Origin: Deltaproteobacteria bacterium
GTDB taxonomy: Bacteria > Myxococcota > Kuafuiibacteriia > Kuafuiibacteriales > Kuafuiibacteriaceae
Length of the DNA stretch: 64,000 nt
Assembly: GCA_040218735.1 (NCBI GenBank)
Contig: JAVJQW010000070.1
Coordinates: 1-64,000 of the forward strand
Direction of reading: 5' to 3'
Both the position numbers and the translations under genes were made by a program. Below are positions 9,808-19,925 of the stretch, piece by piece (the stretch's first letter is position 1; each line of letters starts with the position of its first letter). A model generated the notes under the pieces. The model had not been told where the DNA came from, did no database searches, and saw only the letters and a list, made by a program, of their open reading frames with translations.

Positions 9808-10119
9808 ATGGCCGAGCTGACCGACCGCATCCTCCTCGACATCCGCGACGACCTCCGCGGCGTCCGCGATGAGGTCCGCGGCCTCCGCGAAGACGTGACC
9901 GGGCTCCGCGAGGACACGAACCGCCGCTTCGCCGAGACCCACGAGCGCATCGATGACACCAACGCGCGCCTCGGCATCCTCGCCCAGCTCACCCGAAGCA
10001 TCGACACGCGCCTTCAGAAGATCGAAGACCGCGAGCCGGATCGGCTCTTCCTCCCGCGCCGCGTCGACGTGCTCGAGGAACGCATGGATCGGGTCGAGGA
10101 CCGACTCGACCCGAAGTGA
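9808..10119 (+). CDS. Small coiled-coil hypothetical protein
   Basis: Heptads LRGVRDEVRGLREDVTGLRED; host-like codon usage. Confidence 0.7.
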   Translation: MAELTDRILLDIRDDLRGVRDEVRGLREDVTGLREDTNRRFAETHERIDDTNARLGILAQLTRSIDTRLQKIEDREPDRLFLPRRVDVLEERMDRVEDRLDPK

Positions 10120-11265
10120 TCAGTCGACGCTGATCCCCTGCCCGTAGCGCAGCGCGATGAACGCGCCCTGGTTCGAGAGCACCAGCAGCTCCGGGTCCCG
10201 GTAGGCCGGCGGCACCGAGATCCCGCCGCCCAATGAGAACAGCTGCTTCGGGCGCCCCGTGTCGACCTCCAGGAACGCGATCGGCCCGCCCGAGCTGCCG
10301 ACCGCCACGAGCTGACGCCCGACCGAGACCGGCGCCGTCGGCGAACCGTGTTTGAGGCGATATCGCCAGCGCACCGTCCCCGTCGCGCGGTACAGCCCGA
10401 CGACCTGCCCGTCACCGTCGGACGCGACGAGGAGCCCGGAGCCCACGTCCTCGATCCCGGTGATGCGCATCTGCTCCTGCTTCCACTGCGTGCGGCCGGT
10501 TTCGGCGTCGAGCTTGTACAGGCCCCCGTTGTAGCTCGCCGCGATCAGCGCCTTTCCGCCGTCCACGATCAGCGGCGCCGCGTCGACGTCCGCGAAGAAC
10601 TCGCGCGACTTCCCGAGCACCGAAGTCCAGCGCTCCTCGCCCGTCTTCGCGTCGAGCGCCATGAGCGCGCCGTCGGAGTAACCGACGTAGATCACCCCGC
10701 GCGCCGCATCGAGGACCGGCTTGGCCTGCCCGCGCACGGAGATGCCCTCCGGCGTCGCGCGCTTCTTCCGCCACAGCTCCTTCTTGTCGACGAGGTCCAC
10801 CGCGACGAGCACGTTCGGCCGCACCGGTACGTAGGCGACCGTCCCGCTCAGGGTCATGGGCCCGCCCATGCGACCGCCGACAGCGATCGAAAACCGCGTC
10901 TCGCCGATCTGCTGGTCGACCGCGATCAGGTCCTGGTCGGACCCGAGCACCAAGAGCCCGCGAAACTCGGCCATCTCCCAGCCGATTTCGCCGAGGCCCT
11001 TGCGCTCGAAGAGCGTCTCACCCGAGTGCAGGTCGACGCCGTAGAGGGTCCCGGTCCGTGCCCCCGCAAACGCGCGCGCGCCGTCCTCACTGACATACGG
11101 CCGCGACCACTCTTCGGGGTGACTACCGAGGAGCTGAAACTCCGCGACGTTGATCTTCCAACGCGCGCCGAAGATCACCGAGAGCGAACCGGTCTCCGGC
11201 TCGACCCAGTGTCCGGTGTTGGGTGCGGCGGACGCGAGGGACGCCGCCAAGACGAGCGAGATCAC
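10120..11265 (-). CDS. bamB: BamB-like PQQ-repeat beta-propeller
   Basis: Repeated ALDAKTGEERW / KLDAETGRTQW motifs; downstream of a YfgM-like gene. Confidence 0.75.
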   Translation of the reverse strand: MISLVLAASLASAAPNTGHWVEPETGSLSVIFGARWKINVAEFQLLGSHPEEWSRPYVSEDGARAFAGARTGTLYGVDLHSGETLFERKGLGEIGWEMAEFRGLLVLGSDQDLIAVDQQIGETRFSIAVGGRMGGPMTLSGTVAYVPVRPNVLVAVDLVDKKELWRKKRATPEGISVRGQAKPVLDAARGVIYVGYSDGALMALDAKTGEERWTSVLGKSREFFADVDAAPLIVDGGKALIAASYNGGLYKLDAETGRTQWKQEQMRITGIEDVGSGLLVASDGDGQVVGLYRATGTVRWRYRLKHGSPTAPVSVGRQLVAVGSSGGPIAFLEVDTGRPKQLFSLGGGISVPPAYRDPELLVLSNQGAFIALRYGQGISVD

Positions 11266-12002
11266 CTGAGCGTCTCGAGCCGCTCCTCGGCGAACGACTT
11301 GAGCGGCGTCTTCTTCGCCGGCTCGCCGTCCTTCGCCTCCGCGCGCGGATCGTCCATGTCGACGAGCGCCTGGTAGGTCGCGATCGCGCCCGCCTTGTCG
11401 CCCTTCTTCATCAGGACGCGCGCTTTGTGTTTGAACGCGTAGTCCTTGTAGAACGGCTGCTCGGACGCGAGCTGCTCGTACTTCGCGAGGGCGTCGTCCA
11501 GCTTGGTCTCGGCCTCGTAGGCGTACCCCGCCCCTTCGAGCGCCATGAAGCGCAGCGGCGCCGACTTCTGCGTCTTCGAGAGGTACTCCTCGAACAACGA
11601 CTGCGCCTTCGCGGGCTCCCCGAGGCGCCGCGCGAGCTCACCCTCGTACACGGCCGCGATCGCCGCCGCCGCGTGCCCGGAGTGTTTGCTGCGGAACGCG
11701 GTGAACTTTTCGCGCGCCGCCTTGTACTGCCCGGCGGGCGCGGTCGACGTCAGGACGGTCTGCAGGCTCGTGGCCTCTTCGAACGACTCGACGGCTTCGG
11801 CGAGCTCCATCGTGACGGCCGACTTGCCACGATCGCCCTCACTCATCATCACCTGCGCGCCGATGATTCCACCCAGTCCGACCACCAAGACGCCGATGAC
11901 GGTCTTGATGTTCTTCTCGAGCCAGTTCATCCCGCTCGTGGCCTTCTCCATGAAGGGATCGGGCGCCAGAAGCTCCTGCGCTTCTTGCTTCTTGCGAGCC
12001 AT
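11262..12002 (-). CDS. YfgM-like TM + TPR protein
   Basis: MARKKQ..PDPF..WLEKN, single TM helix, TPR helices; overlaps the bamB start. Confidence 0.78.
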   Translation of the reverse strand: MARKKQEAQELLAPDPFMEKATSGMNWLEKNIKTVIGVLVVGLGGIIGAQVMMSEGDRGKSAVTMELAEAVESFEEATSLQTVLTSTAPAGQYKAAREKFTAFRSKHSGHAAAAIAAVYEGELARRLGEPAKAQSLFEEYLSKTQKSAPLRFMALEGAGYAYEAETKLDDALAKYEQLASEQPFYKDYAFKHKARVLMKKGDKAGAIATYQALVDMDDPRAEAKDGEPAKKTPLKSFAEERLETLR

Positions 12003-12092
12003 TAGGGGCGCCTTTTCCTCGCGGCGAAGCACCGAAGTCAAGCGAGCAGTTGACCGGGACGTCGGCCGGGGACAGCGTCCGGCCGACCCGTC

Positions 12093-12587
12093 ATGCGCCG
12101 CCTCGCCCTCGCCCTGCTCCTCACGCTCGTCAGCGCCACCGCGAACGCGGCGGAAGACGAGCTCGTCCTCGCCGTCGAGCCCGGGTGGGCCCTCCTGACG
12201 ACCGACCCCGTGGAGCAGCACGGCGGCGGCGGCGGGCTCTCCGCCTGGCTCGGGCTGAACGACGAGCTGTGGCTCGCGCTCTCGGCCGGGGCCTCGGCCG
12301 TCCCCGCGCGTGACCCGCTCCCGTCCGCCGTCCTCTACGAGGCCTTCGGGGGGATCGTCGCCGCGCTCGACGTCTTCTCGACCATCCCGTTCCTCGAAGC
12401 CCAGGCCGGCTTCGTCGCGACGAAGGACGCGGTGTCCCCGACCATCCGGTTCGGAGTCGGCGCCGACTACTTCATCACCCGCACGATCACCGTCGGCGCC
12501 GTCGTGCGCGTGCGCCCCGTCGACGAAGCCATCGGCGGCACGTTGGTCTCCGCAGGCGCGCGCCTCGCCCTTCGACTCGAGCTGTAA
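12093..12587 (+). CDS. Small outer-membrane beta-barrel protein
   Basis: Signal peptide, amphipathic strands (PFLEAQAG, FGVGADYF). Confidence 0.7.
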   Translation: MRRLALALLLTLVSATANAAEDELVLAVEPGWALLTTDPVEQHGGGGGLSAWLGLNDELWLALSAGASAVPARDPLPSAVLYEAFGGIVAALDVFSTIPFLEAQAGFVATKDAVSPTIRFGVGADYFITRTITVGAVVRVRPVDEAIGGTLVSAGARLALRLEL

Positions 12588-12637
12588 TCCGTAGGGCGCG
12601 TTTCCCTCATCCGGGCGTTTCGTGTATCAGACCGCCC

Positions 12638-14326
12638 GTGCAGGTCCTGGAAACGGTCGTCGAGGTCGCCAACGAGCTGGTCTGGGCGACCCCCACCCAG
12701 CTCCCCTGGCTCGTCGCCCTCCTCCTCGGCACGGGCTTCTACGTTACGGTCCGGCTGGGGTTCATCCAGCTTCGCCACGTCCGGCACGCGTTCCGTGTCG
12801 TGGCCGGCAAATACGACGATCCCAACGACGAAGGCGACATCAGCCACTTCGCGGCGCTGTCCACCGCGCTGTCGGCCACCGTCGGGATCGGGAATATCGC
12901 CGGCGTCGCCACCGCCATCCACTACGGCGGGCCCGGCGCCATGTTCTGGATGTGGCTCACCGCCCTGTTCGGCATGGCCCTCAAGTACGCGGAATGCACG
13001 CTGTCGATGCAGTACCGCGTCTTCGACGACAACGGCGACGCAGCCGGCGGCCCGATGTACTACATCGAGAAGGGCCTCGGCTCGAAGTGGAAGCCCCTGG
13101 CGATCCTGTTTGCGTTCTGCGGCGTCGTCGCGAGCTTCGGCGGCGGCAACATGAACCAGGCGAACAGCGTCGCGGTCTCCGCCGTCACCGAGTTCTCCTG
13201 GGACCCCTACGTCGTCGGCGTGGTCCTCGCGGTGATGGTCGGCGCCACGGTCCTCGGCGGCATCCGCCGCATCGCGAGCGTCTCCAGCAAGCTCGCCCCG
13301 AGCATGGCCGCCCTGTACGTGCTGGCCGCGCTCGTCATCCTCGTCCTCAACGCCGGCGAGATCCCCGGCGCGTTCTTCACCATCGTGACCGACGCCTTCA
13401 ACCCCAAGGCGAGCCTCGGCGGCTCCGTCGCCGGCACGTTCGCGGTGACGCTGCTGTGGGGCGTGAAGCGCGGCCTGTTCTCCAACGAGGCCGGTCAGGG
13501 TAGCGCCCCGATCGCCCACGCGGCGGCCAAGACCGACGAACCCGTCCGCGAGGGCGCCGTCGCGATGCTCGGGCCGCTGATCGACACGCTGATCATCTGC
13601 ACGATGACCGGCCTGGTCATCACGATCACCGGCGTGTGGGATCAGAAGACCGACGGCCTCGGTTTGGTCGAGCACTCCACCGCGATCCCCGCGCAGCTGT
13701 TGAACGCCGACAGCCCCACGGAGTCCGTGCGGGTCGGCGAGGCGCTCGCGGCCGTGGAGGCCGGCGTTTCCAAGCAGTCGTTCGAGGTGCGCGACGGCGA
13801 GGTCACCGGCCTCGCGTTTGTCTTCAACGACGCGCTCGTCGACGGCGCCAAGCTCTACGACGACGACCAGAAGCTGTTCACCGGCACCGTCGAGTTCGAC
13901 GGCCTCGGCCACGTCACCCCCGGGAACCTGTGGCTGCGCGGCGACCGCCTCTACAACAGCTCGGCGCTCACCGCGCTCGCGTTCGACCGCGGCCTCAAAC
14001 CCATCGGGAACTTCGGCAGCCTGATCGTCACGCTGTGTGTCTTCCTGTTCGCGGTCTCCACGATGATCTCGTGGTCGTACTACGGCGACCGCTGCGTGAC
14101 TTACCTGTGGGGGAGTAAGTTCGTCCTCCCCTACCGCGTGATCTTCACGCTGTTCGTCTTCCTGGGATCCATCCTCGCGCTCGAAGTGGTCTGGGCCTAC
14201 GGCGACCTCGCGCTCGGCTTGATGTCGGTGCCGAACCTCATCGCCGTCGTGCTCCTGCTGCCGAAGCTGCTCGGCGCCACGAAGGACTACTTCGATCGCA
14301 TGAAGGTGGAGGACGCCAAGTCATGA
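12638..14326 (+). CDS. Na+:alanine/glycine symporter (AGCS family)
   Basis: ATVGIGNIAGVATAI..GGPGAMFWMW, GGPMYYI, RGLFSNEAGQGSAP. Confidence 0.95.
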   Translation: MQVLETVVEVANELVWATPTQLPWLVALLLGTGFYVTVRLGFIQLRHVRHAFRVVAGKYDDPNDEGDISHFAALSTALSATVGIGNIAGVATAIHYGGPGAMFWMWLTALFGMALKYAECTLSMQYRVFDDNGDAAGGPMYYIEKGLGSKWKPLAILFAFCGVVASFGGGNMNQANSVAVSAVTEFSWDPYVVGVVLAVMVGATVLGGIRRIASVSSKLAPSMAALYVLAALVILVLNAGEIPGAFFTIVTDAFNPKASLGGSVAGTFAVTLLWGVKRGLFSNEAGQGSAPIAHAAAKTDEPVREGAVAMLGPLIDTLIICTMTGLVITITGVWDQKTDGLGLVEHSTAIPAQLLNADSPTESVRVGEALAAVEAGVSKQSFEVRDGEVTGLAFVFNDALVDGAKLYDDDQKLFTGTVEFDGLGHVTPGNLWLRGDRLYNSSALTALAFDRGLKPIGNFGSLIVTLCVFLFAVSTMISWSYYGDRCVTYLWGSKFVLPYRVIFTLFVFLGSILALEVVWAYGDLALGLMSVPNLIAVVLLLPKLLGATKDYFDRMKVEDAKS

Positions 14327-15696
14327 CCCAACGCGGACAGTGGGGCTCACGCCTCGGATTCGTGCTCGCCGCGGCCGGCAGCGCCGTCGGCCTCGGCAAC
14401 ATCTGGAAGTTCCCATACATCACCGGCGAAAACGGCGGCGGCCTCTTCGTGCTCATCTACCTGGTGTGCATCGTGGTCGTGGGCCTGCCGATCATGATCG
14501 CCGAGGTCCTCCTCGGTCGCGCGACGCAGCAGTCACCCGTGCCCGCGTTCGCCGGGGACAGCGGTAAGTCCGCCTGGCAGATCGTCGGCGTGATGGGGGT
14601 GATCACCGGCTTCGTGATCCTCAGCTACTACAGCGTGGTCGCGGGCTGGTCGCTGCACTACGTGGTGCTGTCGATCCTCGGCACGTTCAACGGGATGCCG
14701 GTGGAGGACATCGGCAAGACGTTCGGCGCGGTCTATCAGGACCCGACGATCAACCTCGGCTGGCACGTCGCGTTCATGGGCGCGACGATCGGCATCGTCT
14801 ACACCGGCGTCGGCAAGGGCATCGAAGCCGCCGCGAAGATACTCATGCCCGCCCTGTTCGTACTCATGGGTGGCCTGCTGATCGACGCGTTCTTCCAGCC
14901 TGGGTTCGGCAAGGCGTTCGACTTCCTCTTCAAACCCCACACCGAAAAACTCACCGCCGCCGGCGTGCTCGAGGCCCTCGGTCACTCGTTCTTCACGCTG
15001 TCCCTCGGTATGGGCGCGATGCTCACGTACGGCAGCTACCTCGGTAAGAAGGACGACGCCGTCTCGGCCTCCGGACTCATCTCCCTGCTCGACACCGGCG
15101 TTGCGCTCGTCGCGTGCCTCATCCTCTTCCCGATCACCTTCTCGTTCGGGATGGAGGCGGAGGCCGGTCCGGGGTTGGTGTTTGTGTCGATCCCCGTCGC
15201 GCTGTCGCAGATGACGGGCGGTCAGTTCCTGTCGATCGCCTTCTTCTTCATGCTGTTCTTCGCGGCGCTGTCGTCGGGCATCTCGTTGCTCGAGGTCGTC
15301 GTGAGTACCTGCATCGACAAGTTCGGGTGGACGCGCGCCAAGGCGGCGGTCTCCATGGGCGCGGCGATCTTCCTGTTCGGCATCCCCTCCGCGCTGTCGG
15401 GCGCCGAGGAAGGTCCGTTCTCGACCGGCTGGAAGAGTGTGTTCGGCAAGAACTTCTTCGACAGCTTCGACTACCTCGCGTCGAACTGGTTCCTCCCGCT
15501 CGGCGGGCTCCTGATCGCGGTCTACGTAGGCTGGGTCATGCCGGACCAGCGGCGCCGCGCCGAGTTCGAGTCGGGCTCGCGCTTCGCGTCGTTCTACGGG
15601 GTGTGGCTCGTGTTCCTGCGCTTCGTCGCGCCCATCGCCATCATCATCCTCTTCCTCTATTCGATCGGCGTGATCGACAAAGCCTGGCTGAGTTAG
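14323..15696 (+). CDS. Sodium-dependent transporter, NSS/SNF family
   Basis: RGQWGSRLGFVLAAAGSAVGLGNIWKFPY; FFTLSLGMG. Confidence 0.95.
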   Translation: MTQRGQWGSRLGFVLAAAGSAVGLGNIWKFPYITGENGGGLFVLIYLVCIVVVGLPIMIAEVLLGRATQQSPVPAFAGDSGKSAWQIVGVMGVITGFVILSYYSVVAGWSLHYVVLSILGTFNGMPVEDIGKTFGAVYQDPTINLGWHVAFMGATIGIVYTGVGKGIEAAAKILMPALFVLMGGLLIDAFFQPGFGKAFDFLFKPHTEKLTAAGVLEALGHSFFTLSLGMGAMLTYGSYLGKKDDAVSASGLISLLDTGVALVACLILFPITFSFGMEAEAGPGLVFVSIPVALSQMTGGQFLSIAFFFMLFFAALSSGISLLEVVVSTCIDKFGWTRAKAAVSMGAAIFLFGIPSALSGAEEGPFSTGWKSVFGKNFFDSFDYLASNWFLPLGGLLIAVYVGWVMPDQRRRAEFESGSRFASFYGVWLVFLRFVAPIAIIILFLYSIGVIDKAWLS

Positions 15697-15788
15697 TGCT
15701 GACGGTCTTCGTCCTGTCGACGTTCGTCCCGTACTTCGCGGTGACGATCTGGTTCTTCGTGAAGACGACGCGGGGCCAGAAGAAGTGA
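15696..15788 (+). CDS. 30-aa single-pass membrane peptide, MetS-like NSS small subunit candidate
   Basis: GTG start overlaps the upstream TAG and its TGA overlaps the putP GTG; MLTVFVLSTFVPYFAVTIWFFVKTTRGQKK; GC3-rich codons. Confidence 0.7.
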   Translation: MLTVFVLSTFVPYFAVTIWFFVKTTRGQKK

Positions 15789-17323
15789 TCTGGAAGGTCA
15801 CGATCCTGGTCCTCTACCTGATCGCGCTCGCGGCGATCGGGGTCATCGCGAGCCGGAAGGTCGACGACATCAGCGACTACTTCGTCGGCGGCAAGAAGCT
15901 CGGCTACTGGCTCGTCTCGTTCTCGTCGCGCGCGACGGGTGAGAGCGGCTGGCTCCTCCTCGGACTCACCGGAATGGGTTACCTCATCGGCGCCCAAGCG
16001 TTCTGGATCGTCATGGGGGAGATGTTCGGCGTGACCGTGTGCTGGGTGGTCATGACTCAGCGCTTCAAGGCGCTGACGGATCGCTACGACTCCATCACCA
16101 TCCCGGACTACCTCGAGAGCCGCTTCGGCGACGTCGGGAACGCGCTCCGGATCGTCTCCGCCGTGGTGCTCGCGGTGTTCGTCACGGCCTACGTCTCCGC
16201 GCAGTTCAACGCGGCGGGCAAGGCGTTCGAGGGGTTCCTCGACATCCCGTACCAGTGGGGCGTCGTCCTCGGGCTGGTGGTGGTCGCGTTCTACTCGGTG
16301 GCGGGTGGGTTCGTCGCCGTGGCGTGGTCGGATCTGTTGCAGGGCGTACTCATGTTGCTCGGCCTGGTCGTCGTGCCCGTCGCCGGTCTCATCGCAGTCG
16401 GCGGCATCGACGCGCTCGGCGTGAAGCTCGGTGCGATCGATCCGAACCTGCTGTCGGTGTTCGGCGAGGGCGGCGCCAACGCGCGAAACGTGGTGGGTGC
16501 GCTGGGCTCGCTTGCGATCGGTTGGGCGTACCTCGGCTCGCCGCAGCTGTTCGTCCGGTTCATCTCCATCGCCGACCAAAAGGAGATCCCGCGGGGCGCC
16601 CTGGTCGCGGTCGCGTACACCGCGCTGGTCGGCCTCGGCGCCGTCGTCACCGGGATGTGCGGCCGCGTGCTGCTCGGCTCCCTCGCCGACCACGAGCTGG
16701 TCCTGCCGGAGCTGTCCGAGGCGCTCCTCCCCACGTTCGCGGTGGGCTTCCTCGTCGCGATCGTGCTCGCCGCGATCATGTCGACGGCGGACTCGCTCTT
16801 GGTGCTCGCGGCGTCGGCGCTGGTCCGTGACCTCTACCAGAAGGTCTTCCGCCCGAAGACGCCGGACGTCGCGCTGACGAAGGCGTCGCGGTGGATGACC
16901 ATCGCGCTCGCCCTGTTCGCGCTCGCGTTCGCGCTGACCGAATCGCGCGTCGTCTTCTTCTTCGTGCTGTTCGCCTGGGCGGGGATCGGCTCGGCGTTCT
17001 GCCCGGTGATCTTCCTGTCGCTGTTCTGGCGCCGCCTCACCCGCCAGGGCGCGCTCGCCGCGATGATCACCGGCTTCGCGGTCACGATCTTCTGGAAGCT
17101 CGCCCCCGCCGCGTGGCTCGGCCAGAGCCTGATCGACACCCTCGCCCCGCCCGACAAAGCCGTCGGGGAGCTCGTCGCGGGCGACCTCGTGTACGAGATG
17201 ATTCCGGCCTTCGTCCTCGCGACGGTCGTCGCGGTTGTCGTCAGCCTGCTGACCCCCGAACCGGCGAACGCAGCGGCGGATCTCGAAGCGACCAAGGCCG
17301 AAGTCATCGACCTGTGGTCGTAG
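15785..17323 (+). CDS. putP: Sodium/proline symporter (SSS family)
   Basis: DYFVGGKKLG, ESGWLLLGLTG, YLGSPQLFVRF, AAIMSTADS, YEMIPAF. Confidence 0.88.
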   Translation: MIWKVTILVLYLIALAAIGVIASRKVDDISDYFVGGKKLGYWLVSFSSRATGESGWLLLGLTGMGYLIGAQAFWIVMGEMFGVTVCWVVMTQRFKALTDRYDSITIPDYLESRFGDVGNALRIVSAVVLAVFVTAYVSAQFNAAGKAFEGFLDIPYQWGVVLGLVVVAFYSVAGGFVAVAWSDLLQGVLMLLGLVVVPVAGLIAVGGIDALGVKLGAIDPNLLSVFGEGGANARNVVGALGSLAIGWAYLGSPQLFVRFISIADQKEIPRGALVAVAYTALVGLGAVVTGMCGRVLLGSLADHELVLPELSEALLPTFAVGFLVAIVLAAIMSTADSLLVLAASALVRDLYQKVFRPKTPDVALTKASRWMTIALALFALAFALTESRVVFFFVLFAWAGIGSAFCPVIFLSLFWRRLTRQGALAAMITGFAVTIFWKLAPAAWLGQSLIDTLAPPDKAVGELVAGDLVYEMIPAFVLATVVAVVVSLLTPEPANAAADLEATKAEVIDLWS

Positions 17324-17342
17324 GCACCATCCCCCGACCGGC

Positions 17343-19925
17343 CTAGAACTGCCCCTTCATTCCGAAGATCGGGAGCAGCGGTAGCCCCGAGACGTTCTCC
17401 TGCTTCGTGTAGTCATAGTTGTAACCCACGTCCTCCGCGTTGGCGCGGTTGTAGACGTTGCTGAGGCTCAGGTACGCGGTGAGTTGCCAGACGTCGAAGA
17501 CCCATCGTTTATCCACCCGCAGATCCAGCTGGTGAAACGCCGGGAGGCGCGATGAGTTCACAGCGCCGGGGATGGCTTCGAAGCTGTCACGTTCCGCGCG
17601 CCACACACCGCCGAGCAGCGGCGTCATCGGGCGGCCGCTCACGTAGCGCCACCGCGCGCCCACCGACCACGTCGGTCCGAAGTGATACGTGCCGACCATC
17701 GTGAGGATATGCGTCTGGTCGTAGTCGAACAGGCGCGAGGATCCCGTGCCGCCGTCGGTACGCTCCGCGCGGCTCAGCGTGTACGAGAGCCAGCCTTCGA
17801 AGCCGCGGTGACGCTCGGCGCGGATCAGGACCTCGGCGCCGTAGGCTCGGCCGCGGCCGTCGTTGTCGTAGACGCGGGGGGTCGCCACGCCGTCCACGAC
17901 GTCGACCTCCTCGGTGCCCGCGACGACGTCCTGCAGGTCCTTGTAGAACAGCGTGAGGTCGGCGGAGAGGAAGTCGTACGGCTTGTACGCCGCGCCCACC
18001 GCGTAGTGGTTCGCGGCGATCAGCGACAGGTTCGGGTTGCCGTACGGCCGGACCGTCTCGTCGAGCTCCGGCTGTTGGTGCACACGCCCCACGCCCGCCC
18101 GCAGCGTGAGCGCGTCGGTCCACGCGAAGCGCGCCGTGATGCGCGGGTCGAAGCCGACCTCCTCCACGAGTGAGAAGTAGTCGGCGCGAACGCCCGGGAC
18201 GAGCGTCAGCCGGTCCACGACCTCCAGCTCTGCTTCGACGTAGAGCGCCGAGACCGACGACACCAGGCCCTCCCCACGAGCGACGAGCGTGGCCTGGTCG
18301 AAGTTCTCCAGCGACTGCCCCTCCTTCGGCGGCCGCGGCGCGGTGATGTCGAAGTTGACGACCTGGTGGTGCACGTCGAGCCCACCGATGAGTCGAACGC
18401 CCTTCGTGACCCGGACGTCGAGCTCGTCGCGGACGTAGAGGTTGTCGAGCCGCGCCGTGAAGTCGAACCGGCCGAAGGCCACGGTCCTCACGTCGTCGCG
18501 TCCGATCGCGACGAGCGCCTCGTTCTCGATCTTGGCGCTCGGGCGGAAGCGGTGGCGCGCGCTGACGCGGTGGAAGGTGTTCGAGCTCTCCAGGGCGCTC
18601 CCGGTCGCGCGGCTGTCCACGCTCGCGACGTCGTCGAACAACAGCGACATGCGTTCGTCGGAGCCCAGATAGAACAGCTCGAAGTCGTGCGCGCGCGTCG
18701 GGCGCCAGGAGATCATCGACTGCACATCGTAGTAACGAGGGGCGGCGACGAAGCGCAGCCCTCCGTCCTCCGGGAGCGCCGCGAGGATGCCGTCGACGTG
18801 ACTTCGACGCGCCCCGAACGCGATCGCGAGCTCGTCGGTGATCGGCGCCTCCACGTACAGGCCGACGTCGAGCATGCTCACGTCCAGCTCGCCGTGCACC
18901 TGGTCCGGCGCGAGCCGTTTCAACCGAACGTCGACGATGCCGCCGGTGCGGCGTCCGTAGCGCACCGAGAAGTTGCCGGGGACGAAGTCGATGCGGTCGA
19001 CGAGCTGCGGCGCGACCACGCCGCGCAGCCCGAAGTGGGTCTCGATCAACACCGGGATGTTCTCGACCATGGTGAGTGAGTCCTGCGGCGACGAGCCCCG
19101 GACCGCGTTGCCGCCGCCGAGACCGGTGCGGGCGACGCCCGGGAGGTTCTCGACGACCAACACGGGGTCGCCGAGTGTGCCGGGGACGCGGACGATCGCC
19201 TCCGTCGCGAGCGCCCGCCGCGTGACCTCGCGCTGGACGCGCTGCGCCTCGACGATGACGTCGTAGCCGTCGGTGTCGGAGCGCTCGAGGTAGTAGGTCA
19301 CCTCGGTGATGGCGTCGGCGACCACCTCCTCTTCGCTCTCGGCGAGGGTGTAGCCGGCGAGATCGATCTGCACGATCCACGCGCCGGGCTCGAGGTCGAA
19401 GAAGACAAACGCGCCGTCACCGTCGGTGACCGCTTCGTAGGCCTCGTCGGCGAGTGACGCGGTGACCAACGCACCCGCGAGGCGCTTGCGCCGCCCCGCC
19501 TCTCGCACCACGCCGCGCAAGCGAACCTGCGCCTGCGGCCGCGGCTCGTCGCGCGTGATCACCGGTGGCGGCAGCGGCGGCAGCGTGAAGTGGTAGGTGT
19601 AGTCGAGGACGAACGGGACCGGGGTGCCGTCGACGAACGCCTGTGAGAACCGCAGCCGTCGCGCCGCGGCGCTCGCCGCCTCCGCGAAGGACGCGGTGAC
19701 GGAGGACGTCGCCACCCGCGTGGGATCTTCGGCGACGGTCGCGGTCGAGACGACGGTGACGGCTTCGACGCGCCCATCGACGTCCACGTCGAGGCGCAAC
19801 TCCACCGTCGCGGCGATGCGATCGGCGAGCGCCTGCGCGGGGTACGTGGGCTCGGCGGGTTCGATGAGGCGCGGCGCCTGCGTGGCGAGGTTCGCGGCGG
19901 CGAGGAGGAGCAGGAGCGCGTTCAC
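17343..19925 (-). CDS. TonB-dependent receptor with N-terminal TonB-C and carboxypeptidase-regulatory-like domains (myxobacterial type)
   Basis: Signal peptide at GTG 19925, YPAQALAD TonB-C, plug VPGTLGDP..VENLPGVA, RLPAFHQLDLRVDK, C-terminal F. Confidence 0.9.
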   Translation of the reverse strand: MNALLLLLAAANLATQAPRLIEPAEPTYPAQALADRIAATVELRLDVDVDGRVEAVTVVSTATVAEDPTRVATSSVTASFAEAASAAARRLRFSQAFVDGTPVPFVLDYTYHFTLPPLPPPVITRDEPRPQAQVRLRGVVREAGRRKRLAGALVTASLADEAYEAVTDGDGAFVFFDLEPGAWIVQIDLAGYTLAESEEEVVADAITEVTYYLERSDTDGYDVIVEAQRVQREVTRRALATEAIVRVPGTLGDPVLVVENLPGVARTGLGGGNAVRGSSPQDSLTMVENIPVLIETHFGLRGVVAPQLVDRIDFVPGNFSVRYGRRTGGIVDVRLKRLAPDQVHGELDVSMLDVGLYVEAPITDELAIAFGARRSHVDGILAALPEDGGLRFVAAPRYYDVQSMISWRPTRAHDFELFYLGSDERMSLLFDDVASVDSRATGSALESSNTFHRVSARHRFRPSAKIENEALVAIGRDDVRTVAFGRFDFTARLDNLYVRDELDVRVTKGVRLIGGLDVHHQVVNFDITAPRPPKEGQSLENFDQATLVARGEGLVSSVSALYVEAELEVVDRLTLVPGVRADYFSLVEEVGFDPRITARFAWTDALTLRAGVGRVHQQPELDETVRPYGNPNLSLIAANHYAVGAAYKPYDFLSADLTLFYKDLQDVVAGTEEVDVVDGVATPRVYDNDGRGRAYGAEVLIRAERHRGFEGWLSYTLSRAERTDGGTGSSRLFDYDQTHILTMVGTYHFGPTWSVGARWRYVSGRPMTPLLGGVWRAERDSFEAIPGAVNSSRLPAFHQLDLRVDKRWVFDVWQLTAYLSLSNVYNRANAEDVGYNYDYTKQENVSGLPLLPIFGMKGQF

